Shown: positions 56,061 through 64,000 of the stretch, in pieces
Numbering within the stretch: position 1 is the first letter of the stretch
How the letters are laid out: each line of letters opens with the position of its first letter
Source of the DNA: an uncultured Desulfurococcales archaeon
GTDB taxonomy: Archaea > Thermoproteota > Thermoprotei_A > Sulfolobales > Acidilobaceae
DNA length: 64,000 bases
Reading direction: 5' to 3'
NCBI GenBank assembly: GCA_964343115.1
Contig: CAYFGU010000002.1
Span: forward strand, 37,767 to 101,766
The notes under the pieces: model-generated
Told to the model about the DNA's origin: nothing
The model's database searches: none
The model's input: the letters and a program-made list of their open reading frames with translations, nothing else
Position numbers and translations under genes: made by a program

Positions 56061-56062
56061 GG

Positions 56063-56158
56063 TGGAGCCGGGGCCGGGATTCGAACCCGGGATATAACGG
56101 GTCTCGGCTGGGCAAGCCCACTGCAGCCCGCCGCCTTGGACCGCTCGGCCACCCCGGC
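56063..56158 (-). tRNA. tRNA-Cys (anticodon GCA) with 18-nt intron at 37/38 and encoded CCA
   Basis: Hand-folded: GCCGGGG/CCCCGGC acceptor, anticodon arm GCGGG-CTGCAG[intron 56103-56120]A-CCCGT, T arm CCGGG-TTCGAAT-CCCGG, discriminator U (typical of tRNA-Cys), CCA. Confidence 0.8.
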
Positions 56159-56206
56159 TCCACCGAAAATGTCTCCTGCAAGGGCCTAAAGAGTTTTCAC
56201 GATACT

Positions 56207-57199
56207 TCACGGCCACTCGGAGACAACAGTCATCTCGCTCGGGTCCAGGCATACCCTAACAAGTTCCCCTGGCGAGGGTGAACCAGCCCTGACCTCAGCC
56301 CTCACGGGCCTGCTGACCCCCAAGTCGACGATGACCCTGCGTCTGCCGTCGGCGGAGTAGTAGACATTGACCACCCTTCCTGTTATGCTGACGCCATGGC
56401 ACGGCATGTTCGAAACTGTGGCAGAGCCTGGACGGAAGGCCACATAGTCGTCGTCTCTTCCCTTAAGGTCGAGCGAAAGCGGGTCTACGAGAACGGCCAG
56501 CTCACGAACACTAAGAACGTTCTCGTAGCCCATATATACCGCGGCTTCTAGGGCCTTAGGGCTCCTTACGGCCTCCTCAGGGGGGCCGAGGTCGATAAGC
56601 TTGCCGGCCTTCATAAAGTAGACCCTACTGGCGACCCTGAGAGGCCTGACGACGCCCTGGGTGGCCATGACCACCTTCAGCCGTAGCTCCTTTGTCATCT
56701 CTGATATTATGTCAAGGGTAACCTCAGCGGCCTCAGGGTCCAGGTTTGATAGGGGCTCATCTAGCAGTAACGCCCTTGGGTTTATGGCCAGGGCCCTGGC
56801 TATTGCGACCCTCTGTTTTAGCCCGCCACTTAGCTCGCTCGGGGGCCTGTCGAGGAGGTCCCTTAGGCCGAGGCGGTCGGAGACCTCGGCTATCACACGC
56901 TCCCTCTTCTCGCGAGGTACCCTCCTCACCCTGAGGCCAAACTCTATGTTCTCCCTAACCGTCATGTGCTCGAAGAGTGCGTAGCTCTGCGGCACGTAGC
57001 CTATACCCCTTGACTCTATGGGGGCCCTTGTTACGTCACGGCCATCTAGTACTATCGTCCCGGACGAGGGCGTGTACAGCCCTAAGATGGTCTTCAGCAG
57101 CGTGCTCTTACCCGCGCCGTTAGGCCCGAATATCAGGGCCACATCGCCGTCCCTCACCAAGAGGTCAACAGGGCCCAGCGTGAAAGCCCTCAGCCTCAC
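56207..57199 (-). CDS. ABC transporter ATP-binding protein, molybdate/tungstate (ModC/WtpC) type with C-terminal TOBE-like domain
   Basis: Walker A GPNGAGKST, signature LSGGLKQRV, Walker B LLLDEPLS. About 100-aa beta-rich C-terminal extension. Confidence 0.8.
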   Translation of the reverse strand: MRLRAFTLGPVDLLVRDGDVALIFGPNGAGKSTLLKTILGLYTPSSGTIVLDGRDVTRAPIESRGIGYVPQSYALFEHMTVRENIEFGLRVRRVPREKRERVIAEVSDRLGLRDLLDRPPSELSGGLKQRVAIARALAINPRALLLDEPLSNLDPEAAEVTLDIISEMTKELRLKVVMATQGVVRPLRVASRVYFMKAGKLIDLGPPEEAVRSPKALEAAVYMGYENVLSVRELAVLVDPLSLDLKGRDDDYVAFRPGSATVSNMPCHGVSITGRVVNVYYSADGRRRVIVDLGVSRPVRAEVRAGSPSPGELVRVCLDPSEMTVVSEWP

Positions 57200-57215
57200 G
57201 CTAACGGACCTAACC

Positions 57216-58037
57216 TCAAGCAGTACGCCTCCCCCTCTGCATGATGTACCTGGCCGCCAAAAACACGCCTAATACGACTATAAGCATGGCGGCTGAGAAC
57301 CTGGCCGCCTCAATTATCCCAAGGCCGACGTAGGCCTCATATATCGCCACAGGCGCAGGGTAGATGAGGCTTCTCCCGAGGTACACCTGGAAGGCCACTA
57401 TGAGCAGGGCGCCCGCCTCAGAGGCTGCCCTCGCCCACGCTGTCAGGGCCCCCGTAGCAATGGCCCTTTTGACCCTTGGGAGAACAACCGCGAAGAACGT
57501 CCTTAGCCTGGAGGCACCGAGGGTCATGGCGACCAGCTCGGTCTCGGGGTCCAGGGAGAGCAGGGCGCTCTCTATGACGCGGACCGCGTAGGTGGCCGAG
57601 ACGTAAGTTACGGCCATAGATGCGCCTAAGAGGGTGTCAACGACGCTCAGGTGGAGCGCGTGAAGGTATCTCCCAAGGCCGAGCTGAGGGGCGAAGGCGA
57701 GCACAATCATGACGCCTACTATTATATGAGGCACGGCTATGGGTATGTCGACGAGGGCCTCCACGAGCCCCTTGAGCCGGAAGTCGAACCTGGTAAGCAG
57801 ATAGGCCAATGGGGTACCAAGCAGCACGGCCACCAGCGCTGCGATCGACGAAGTTATTATCGTAACGAGGAGTGCAAGCTCGAAGCTGGGGACCCTGAGA
57901 GCCGACGGAATCCCCTCCCCTCCAATGAGTAGGAGCACTGCGAGGGGGTAGACAAAGAATATGATCAGGGCCGCCGAGAAAAGGAAGAGGAAGGCCAAGA
58001 AAAAGGCTGAGGTAGGGGTCAGCCTCATCGCGATCAC
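57216..58037 (-). CDS. ABC transporter permease (ModB/WtpB type)
   Basis: 273 aa, 6 TM, EAA-loop-like ESALLSLDPETELVAMTLGASRLRTFFAVVLP. GTGA junction with the upstream binding-protein gene (58034-58037). Confidence 0.8.
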   Translation of the reverse strand: MIAMRLTPTSAFFLAFLFLFSAALIIFFVYPLAVLLLIGGEGIPSALRVPSFELALLVTIITSSIAALVAVLLGTPLAYLLTRFDFRLKGLVEALVDIPIAVPHIIVGVMIVLAFAPQLGLGRYLHALHLSVVDTLLGASMAVTYVSATYAVRVIESALLSLDPETELVAMTLGASRLRTFFAVVLPRVKRAIATGALTAWARAASEAGALLIVAFQVYLGRSLIYPAPVAIYEAYVGLGIIEAARFSAAMLIVVLGVFLAARYIMQRGRRTA

Positions 58038-59233
58038 GGGAATATCGAAGATAGGTAGCTGACGTTGGCCAGAGGTACTGTGAACGGCTTCAGGACCGCT
58101 GGAACCGCGCTATAATTGCCATACACGACGCCTGGGACCACGGGCTGTATCCCGTAGGACCTAAGAACGCTCTGGCCCTGGGAGCTGAATAGCAGCAGCA
58201 GGAAGTCAACGGCCGCCTGCTGATTAGGGGCAGTGTTAGGTATCGTTATGGTGTAGACTACAGGGTTGCACGAGAACGTCTCGGTCTGTCCCAGCTCGGT
58301 CCAGGTTACGTTGACCCTGTGGTAGAAGTTGACGTAGCTAAGGTTGCCAAGGTTTATGAAGGTGGGCAGGGTTATGTATGTCATGTTGAAGCCCTTCTGG
58401 ACGTAGTACTCAGTCTGCGGGATCGCGTTAGACTCGTAGGCAGACAGTATGAACTGCACGGAGCTGTTGGCGTACATAAGGGTCAGGAGGTCTATCTCAG
58501 TGTTCCTCATCTGGTACTTGGCCGGGTTGTTGTAGACGGCGTCCCAGAGGTATGAGGCGTTGTTGAAGAACGCCAGGCCAGCGAGCTTCAGGACGCACTG
58601 GGCCTGGTACCCACTTGGGTCAGTAAACGGGTTAGACACGCCCAGCACGGTTGAGCTGTTAAGGGCTATGATCTGGAATATCTCCTTCCATGTCTGGTTC
58701 CAGGCCGCGCTCATGGGGGTCTCCCCCTGAGCCTGCTGCCAGAGCTTGTAGACCTCAACCCCCGTGGGGGTCTCAAGGTCTACGATTATCACCATCTGGG
58801 TCACGCCGAAAGCTATCTCATAGTCCGCATACTTGGGGAAGAGGTCCTTAGGTATTGTAGTAGTGTCGGCGGAGGCGACGAGGCTGAAGACCTGGGTGGT
58901 GGCCTCCTTCTGCGCGACCTCGCCGCTTCCTGCGAAGAGGGGCTGTCCTATGCTAACCTGGGGGTAATATCCCTCAAACGTGTTAAGCAGCTGCGTGAAG
59001 GCGAACTTGAGCGTGCCTGCCGCCCCTACTGTAAACGGCGCAGAGGTCAGCGACGGGGTCGTCGTAGTTGTCGTCGTAGTCGTAGTAGTGTAAGTAGTGA
59101 CAGAGACTGTCGGCGATGTCGTGGTCACGGTCTTCCTGGGTGCGGCGACGTAGCCAATTCCGGCTCCTACCACCAGCCCAATTACCAGGCCAGCTAATAC
59201 GTAGATCCAGCTTCTCGACGCCCCAACCGCCAT
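58034..59233 (-). CDS. Tungstate/molybdate-binding protein (WtpA/ModA-like), membrane-anchored with poly-Thr stalk
   Basis: TM (WIYVLAGLVIGLVVGAGIGYVA), TVTTTSPTVSVTTYTTTTTTTTTTTPS linker, FTVGAAGTLKFAF...LVASADTTTIPKDLFPKYADY resembles WtpA. The track ORF begins at 59281. I prefer the ATG at complement of 59231-59233, because a TTTTAAAT box lies about 30 nt upstream of it. Confidence 0.7.
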   Translation of the reverse strand: MAVGASRSWIYVLAGLVIGLVVGAGIGYVAAPRKTVTTTSPTVSVTTYTTTTTTTTTTTPSLTSAPFTVGAAGTLKFAFTQLLNTFEGYYPQVSIGQPLFAGSGEVAQKEATTQVFSLVASADTTTIPKDLFPKYADYEIAFGVTQMVIIVDLETPTGVEVYKLWQQAQGETPMSAAWNQTWKEIFQIIALNSSTVLGVSNPFTDPSGYQAQCVLKLAGLAFFNNASYLWDAVYNNPAKYQMRNTEIDLLTLMYANSSVQFILSAYESNAIPQTEYYVQKGFNMTYITLPTFINLGNLSYVNFYHRVNVTWTELGQTETFSCNPVVYTITIPNTAPNQQAAVDFLLLLFSSQGQSVLRSYGIQPVVPGVVYGNYSAVPAVLKPFTVPLANVSYLSSIFP

Positions 59234-59263
59234 ATGCCTACCCAGGGGGTTGAGAGATCTATC

Positions 59264-59271
59264 ATTTAAAA
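59264..59271 (-). promoter_or_regulatory. TATA-like box for the transporter operon
   Basis: The minus strand reads TTTTAAAT about 30 nt upstream of the ATG at 59233. Confidence 0.4.
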
Positions 59272-59310
59272 GTATTGGCATACATTATGTATATCAATAA
59301 ATATACCTGA

Positions 59311-59478
59311 TCAGTCCTTTACACCTTCCTGGGCCTCGATATACTTCCTTATCGCATCCCTTATGAGCTCGCTCCTGTACCTCCTCGAGGTCACGGCTAG
59401 CCTGTCTAGCTCAAAGAGGGTGTCCAGGTCCAGCTTGAACGAGATAACCCTAAGCCCCCGTCTGCCGACGCCCCCCAT
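59311..59478 (-). CDS. Ribbon-helix-helix (CopG/Arc/MetJ-type) protein, 55 aa
   Basis: Below the ORF-track size cutoff. My translation: MGGVGRRGLRVISFKLDLDTLFELDRLAVTSRRYRSELIRDAIRKYIEAQEGVKD. This has a beta-strand (VISFKLD) plus two helices with the typical RSE.IR.AI..Y pattern. Confidence 0.6.
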   Translation of the reverse strand: MGGVGRRGLRVISFKLDLDTLFELDRLAVTSRRYRSELIRDAIRKYIEAQEGVKD

Positions 59479-59593
59479 ATAGGACACCATAAGGGTATGG
59501 CTTCGCAGACATAAAGGGGGCTACGAAATCAGCCTACTCAGGGACCCCAGCGAAGGTCTATGAATTGAATTGAAAGTGAACCCTGAGGTTAGG

Positions 59594-59601
59594 TTTTATT
59601 A
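59594..59601 (+). promoter_or_regulatory. TATA-like box for tRNA-Met
   Basis: TTTTATTA ends 27 nt upstream of the tRNA 5' end at 59628. Confidence 0.45.
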
Positions 59602-59627
59602 GGGGCAAGGGAATAAAGGCAGACGGT

Positions 59628-59740
59628 GCCGCCGTAGCTCAGCGGGTCAGAGCGCCGGACTCATACGGCCCCTGACACCGAGGTCGAGGGGGGCCTGGGG
59701 GATCCGGAGGTCCCGGGTTCAAACCCCGGCGGCGGCACCA
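59628..59740 (+). tRNA. tRNA with CAU anticodon (elongator Met or Ile2) with 36-nt intron at 37/38 and encoded CCA
   Basis: Hand-folded: GCCGCCG/CGGCGGC acceptor, anticodon arm CCGGA-CTCATA[intron 59666-59701]A-TCCGG, T arm CCGGG-TTCAAAC-CCCGG, discriminator A, CCA. It lacks the A1:U72 pair and GGG/CCC anticodon stem of archaeal initiators. Confidence 0.85.
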
Positions 59741-59748
59741 CCTCAGGC

Positions 59749-61185
59749 TCACACGTACACCGATACTATTGCGCCGTATATCAGCGGGGCTACCAGGCCC
59801 AGCGTCAATATCAGCAGGGACCCTACCACTAGAGCGACTGTGTACTTGGAAGGGGCCTTGGGTCCACCGTCAGGGACCTTGGTCAACAGCTCCCTTGAAG
59901 CTATCACGTAGTAGACGGCGCTTAAGCCGCTGTTGATGAGGGCCGCCAGGGCTAGCCACACGGTGTAACCTACAGCAGAGAGGAACAGGTAGAACTTGCC
60001 CCAGAAGCCGAGCAGCGGCGGCACCCCGAGTAGGCTGAAGAGCAGGACGGACGCCGCGGCAGCCGAGGCCGGGCTGGCCCCCATAAGTCCCCTGAGCCTG
60101 TCCAGCTCCCTGCCCACGGCGCCTGTGAAGGCGAAGAGCGGAACCTTCGCGAGGGCGTAGCCGATCGACTGAAGGGCAACCGCGTAGAGGGACAGCCTTA
60201 CCATGCTGTAGTTCATGGAGCCAGCGAAGTAGGAGGCGGCTGCCAGCGCGGCCATTATGTAGCCGACCTGGGCCATCGAGCTGTAGGCGAGTATGGCCTG
60301 TAGGTCCCTTGAGGTCAGGGCGGCCACGTTGGCGTAAGTCATGCTCGCCACCGAGAGCGCAGCAAGGGTAAGGGCTATGTCGCCAGCCAGCGGCGAGCCA
60401 TACGACGAGACTACGAATACCCTAGCGAGTACGGCAATAAAGGAGAGTTTAGCGACGGAGGCCACGAACGACACGGTCCTGCCGTCCCCCCTGCCGTAGA
60501 CGCTAGGCAGCCACCAGTGGAACGGGAAGAGACCTATCTTGAAGCCAAGGGCGGCGAGGAGGAGCACCACCGAGAGCGCCACGATGCCCCTCGCGAGGGC
60601 GGAGCCCTGCGTGAGCGTGGAGAGCTGCAGCGAGTAAGTCCCAGTGGCCACGGAGTAGAAGGCGAGGGAGCCGACCAGGGCGAGGGTCGCGACGATGCCG
60701 ACGAATATGTACCTCACAGCGGCGCCCTTCGCCTCCCTTGCGTCGGAGGCGGCTATCACTACGTAGCTTACTACCGAGACCAGCAGCCACGAGGCAAGTA
60801 TTACGAGCAGGTTCGCAGCGCCTGCAAGGAAGAAGGAGCCGAACAGAGTAAGTGGGATAAGGCTGTAGAGGGATGGGCTGCTCGACCAGCTTAGGCCCTC
60901 GGCCCCTATTGTGACCATGTAGACAGCCGCCGAGAGGGCTATTCCGAGGAGCATAAGGGACGTGAAGGAGTCCTGCACGACGAGGCCTCCGTAGAAGCGG
61001 AGCGTAGAGGCGGCGGTGGCGTAGAGGAGGAGACCCGCTAGGGCAGCGAATGACCCGACCCCAACGCCGGCCAGTATGACGGGCGCCTTGTTCTCCCTTC
61101 TCCCAAGAGGAGAGGTGACCGGCGCGATGAGCGAGGAGGCTAGGGTTACGTAAAGCAGGAACTCAACCGTCGGCTTCTCCCACAC
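59749..61185 (-). CDS. nuoN: NADH-quinone oxidoreductase antiporter-like subunit N
   Basis: 478 aa, about 14 TM, ILAYSSMAQVGYIM block. Confidence 0.75.
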   Translation of the reverse strand: MWEKPTVEFLLYVTLASSLIAPVTSPLGRRENKAPVILAGVGVGSFAALAGLLLYATAASTLRFYGGLVVQDSFTSLMLLGIALSAAVYMVTIGAEGLSWSSSPSLYSLIPLTLFGSFFLAGAANLLVILASWLLVSVVSYVVIAASDAREAKGAAVRYIFVGIVATLALVGSLAFYSVATGTYSLQLSTLTQGSALARGIVALSVVLLLAALGFKIGLFPFHWWLPSVYGRGDGRTVSFVASVAKLSFIAVLARVFVVSSYGSPLAGDIALTLAALSVASMTYANVAALTSRDLQAILAYSSMAQVGYIMAALAAASYFAGSMNYSMVRLSLYAVALQSIGYALAKVPLFAFTGAVGRELDRLRGLMGASPASAAAASVLLFSLLGVPPLLGFWGKFYLFLSAVGYTVWLALAALINSGLSAVYYVIASRELLTKVPDGGPKAPSKYTVALVVGSLLILTLGLVAPLIYGAIVSVYV

Positions 61186-61191
61186 TTCTCA

Positions 61192-63255
61192 TCACCTCCA
61201 GACAAGCACGAATATCAGGCCCACGACTACCAGCATGAAGAGGTAAAGGGTCAGTATGTAGTCCGTGCGTCCCCTGAAGAGGGCCCTCAGCCCCCTCGAC
61301 GTAAGCTCGCCAGCCTTCGGGAGGACGAAGTGGTAGAACAGGTCAATGGCCCTATTGACTACGTTGAGGAGCCACGAGAAGCCTGCGAACGAGTCGAGGA
61401 ACAGGTAGTAGATGGCGGAGTTTACGTACCACCTGTTGAACAGGAAGCTGTGGATCCCCCTCAGCACTGGGCTCCTCTCAAGCAGGTCAACCAGGTAGCG
61501 CCTCCTGAGGTACACCAGAGCCACGAGGATGATCTCGACGACGACGAGGAGCGTTATGGTTACGGTCGTCAAGTCCAGCGGCACCGAGAATACGGGCAGA
61601 GCCTCTATTCCGAGGGTCTCATAAACTCCCAGAGATACGTACTTGCCCACCGTGAACCATGCCGCGCCGATGATAATGGACGCTAGGCCGAGTATGAAGT
61701 AGGGCCCTAGCATTAGCACAGGGGCCTCGTGGAGGTGCTCCTCGCCGTGCGCCTTGCTGAGCGCAGGCACGTGGAAGACCCTGACGAGGAGCCGGGTTAT
61801 GTAGGCTGCCGTGAAGAATACCGCCAGGACGGCAAGCGCGTACAGCGACAGGACGCCAGCCCTCGCTACATCGCCTAGGACGAGCTCCTTGCCGAAGAAC
61901 CCTGCGAATGGCGGAACTGCGGCGAGGCTGAGGCCAGCTAGCCACGCCGACGCGGTTGTGACCTTCATGAACTTAGAGTAGAGGCCCATGTCGTCTATGA
62001 ACCTGCTGTGGGCCACGTGCAGGGCATAGCCCGCTATCAGGAAGAGGGCTGCCTTGAAGACGGCGTGGGCTATCAGCATAGCCAGGCCCGCCATCTCAGC
62101 GTCGGCCATCACAGAGTAGTTCCCAGTGGTCACGGCAAGGCCGCCCGCGGCGACGGCGAGTATCATGTAGCCCAGGTACTCTGCCGTCGAGAAGGCGAGT
62201 ATCAGCTTGAACTCGTGGTTTACTATAGCCATCGTCGCCATCATGAAGAGCGTGACCGCGGCGAGGCTGGCCACCAGGAGGAAGTACTCATGCACTTGGG
62301 CCACGGCGCCGGCGTACCCGGCCGCAGCTGCGGCCAGGGCGCCCACGAAGAATATCGGGGCGAACCTAAGCATGTAGTAGACGCCCACCTTCACCATGGT
62401 GGCGGCGTGTATGAGCGCCGAGACGGGCGTGGGGCCCGTCATAGCGGTCACAAGCCACTCGAAGAACGGGAACTGTGCGCTCTTAGACAGGGCCCCGAGC
62501 GTGAAGACGAATAGGAATAGCGCGAGGAGGTCCTTAGAAGCGAGCTGGCCCATCCACGACGCGGCTGAGCCAGCTATGGCCGGTACACTCATGGAACCGA
62601 CGAGCGTGAAGAGGCCAGTCATGCCTACGAGGAAGCCCACGTCACCAACCCTCGTGAACAGTAAGGCCCTGACGCCGCTGGTGCTGGGCTCAAAGTACAT
62701 TGGCTTGCCCAGGGCAGTCGAGTTCGGCACACCTACCCAGTACTCCTCCTCATCCGTGTACCAGTGGCCTATCAGGGCGTAGCTCGCGAGCCCCGTGCCC
62801 TCCCAGCCAATGAACATTAACACAAGGTTGCTGGCTGTCACGACGAGCATCATGCTGCCTACGAAGAATGATATGAAGAAGAAGTACCTCTGGACGCCCC
62901 AGTCGCCTTTCATGTAGTCAAGGCTGTAGACGTCTATGAGGAAGCTGAGCCACGAAACTACGGTGGCCATTATGGCCCCGAGGCCGTCCAGGTAGACGCC
63001 CACCCTGACCTTCAGGGCGGCGTCCCAGTACCACTGGCTTGAGGCGTAGATAACCTCGTGGTCGGCCAGTACGTAGTAGAGCGCTACAGTTGAGATTAAC
63101 GCGCTGGCCAGTACGCTAAGGACGCTGATAAGGCCGTAGACGGTCTCCCTCCTCACCCCCGCAATCCAGAGGAGCGCGAGGACCCCGGCCCCAACAAACG
63201 GGGCCAGCCAGGTCCATGACCAGACAAACCATGAGGAATATATTACTGCCGTCAT
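61192..63255 (-). CDS. nuoL: NADH-quinone oxidoreductase subunit L
   Basis: 687 aa (longest of the L/M/N family); WEGTGLASYALIG, SAQFPFFEWL and SALIHAATMVKVGVY blocks, C-terminal extension. Confidence 0.85.
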   Translation of the reverse strand: MTAVIYSSWFVWSWTWLAPFVGAGVLALLWIAGVRRETVYGLISVLSVLASALISTVALYYVLADHEVIYASSQWYWDAALKVRVGVYLDGLGAIMATVVSWLSFLIDVYSLDYMKGDWGVQRYFFFISFFVGSMMLVVTASNLVLMFIGWEGTGLASYALIGHWYTDEEEYWVGVPNSTALGKPMYFEPSTSGVRALLFTRVGDVGFLVGMTGLFTLVGSMSVPAIAGSAASWMGQLASKDLLALFLFVFTLGALSKSAQFPFFEWLVTAMTGPTPVSALIHAATMVKVGVYYMLRFAPIFFVGALAAAAAGYAGAVAQVHEYFLLVASLAAVTLFMMATMAIVNHEFKLILAFSTAEYLGYMILAVAAGGLAVTTGNYSVMADAEMAGLAMLIAHAVFKAALFLIAGYALHVAHSRFIDDMGLYSKFMKVTTASAWLAGLSLAAVPPFAGFFGKELVLGDVARAGVLSLYALAVLAVFFTAAYITRLLVRVFHVPALSKAHGEEHLHEAPVLMLGPYFILGLASIIIGAAWFTVGKYVSLGVYETLGIEALPVFSVPLDLTTVTITLLVVVEIILVALVYLRRRYLVDLLERSPVLRGIHSFLFNRWYVNSAIYYLFLDSFAGFSWLLNVVNRAIDLFYHFVLPKAGELTSRGLRALFRGRTDYILTLYLFMLVVVGLIFVLVWR

Positions 63256-64000
63256 CTAGGGGCCACCCCCCATTACTCCACCTAGGAGAACCACGTGCGA
63301 CACGGCGAACGACAGACCTGACGTTAACGGGTCTATGGCGAGGAAGAAAACGAAGCTGAAGAGCGCTATAGCCAACATGGAAAGCTTGAACCCATCAACG
63401 ACCTCCCTGGCCTCAACCTTGGACCTGGGCTGGCCGTAGAAGACCCTCCTCATAGTTATGAACGCGTAGGCAGCCGTCACGGTCAGCGCGACTATCAGCA
63501 GCAGGGATAGGCCGAACATGTACTCATATCCCTGAAACAGGTACCCGTTGACGACGCCAAGGACTATGAAGATCTCGCTCCACATGCCGACGCTTGGAGG
63601 GAGCCCGGCGAGGTTCATGAACCCGAATAGGGCGAGAGCCGCGACCAGGGGGTACCTCCTGGCCAGCCCGCCCATCTTGGTTATGTCCCTAAGGCCGTCG
63701 AGCTCAGTTATGAAGACCCCCGCGCTCATGAAGAGCACGGCCTTTCCAACGGCGTGGGATAGATAGATGAGCATTGCACCCATTATCCCATACGGGTTCA
63801 GCGTAGAGAGCCCGAGGAGCATGTAGCCCATCTGGCTTATGCTTGAGTAGGCGAGGAATCTCTTGAAGTCAGTTTGCCTTAGGGCCACAAGCCCAGCGTA
63901 GACAATGGTGGTAAAGGCGAGGCCTAGTAGGAACGGCCTCCACGCCTCCATCTGCGAGGGGAACAGCGGGATCACGAACCTCGCTATGGCGTACCCTGCC
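63256..64000 (-). CDS. NuoL/M/N-family antiporter-like subunit (probably M), 5' end outside window
   Basis: The reading frame is open to the window edge. DFKRFLAYSSISQMGYMLLGL block. Ends directly before nuoL. Confidence 0.7.
   Translation of the reverse strand, partial: AGYAIARFVIPLFPSQMEAWRPFLLGLAFTTIVYAGLVALRQTDFKRFLAYSSISQMGYMLLGLSTLNPYGIMGAMLIYLSHAVGKAVLFMSAGVFITELDGLRDITKMGGLARRYPLVAALALFGFMNLAGLPPSVGMWSEIFIVLGVVNGYLFQGYEYMFGLSLLLIVALTVTAAYAFITMRRVFYGQPRSKVEAREVVDGFKLSMLAIALFSFVFFLAIDPLTSGLSFAVSHVVLLGGVMGGGP

Noticed and set aside
59056-59100. Short tandem-like repeats (GTCGTCGTAGT...)
   Set aside because: They encode the poly-Thr stalk of the binding protein, so this is coding low complexity rather than a repeat element. 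The same applies to the S/T linker at about 52560-52660.

Overview
This is a visibly GC-rich, densely coding chromosomal segment of crenarchaeal type. Supporting evidence: three tRNA genes carry an intron at position 37/38; PheRS is the two-subunit archaeal form; the window encodes type-2 IPP isomerase, GGPP synthase, MptA, GH57 and GH15 glucan enzymes and an AlaX editing protein; TATA-like boxes sit about 25-30 nt upstream of tRNA 5' ends. Most of the content is housekeeping. It includes five aminoacyl-tRNA synthetase genes (gltX, pheT, pheS, argS, ileS) plus AlaX and a free-standing B3/4 domain protein. There is a scattered set of alpha-glucan genes: a maltokinase-like kinase, two GH57 enzymes, a secreted GH15 glucoamylase-like enzyme, an NDP-sugar pyrophosphorylase and glycogen synthase. 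Also present are glycine-cleavage P-protein subunits, two aminotransferases, a Wtp/Mod-type ABC transporter, an orphan sugar-binding protein, NuoL/M/N-type subunits and five tRNAs (Leu, Thr, Glu, Cys, Met/CAU). I saw no rRNA, CRISPR array, transposase or integrase. Observations worth a second look: (1) three genes (a Cas4-like nuclease, glycogen synthase and a RadB-like protein) encode recognisable conserved N-termini upstream of any ATG/GTG/TTG. Two of them sit on a CTGA stop/start junction, where this window otherwise uses ATGA, GTGA or TTGA. The third is in frame with the preceding ORF across a single TGA. (2) A short PolB2-like family-B polymerase with a non-canonical motif C lies in a tight three-gene module with a small helical protein and a Walker-A-less RadB-like protein, next to tRNA-Glu and behind a perfect 14-bp palindrome. 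This is my best candidate for an undescribed system, but the case rests on inference. (3) A Nudix gene is frameshifted in a G-run. (4) An RHH gene too short for the ORF track sits at the head of the tungstate/molybdate transporter operon. (5) In all five tRNA genes the 5' leader is complementary to the discriminator plus CC. All family assignments rest on motifs I could read by eye, not on database searches.
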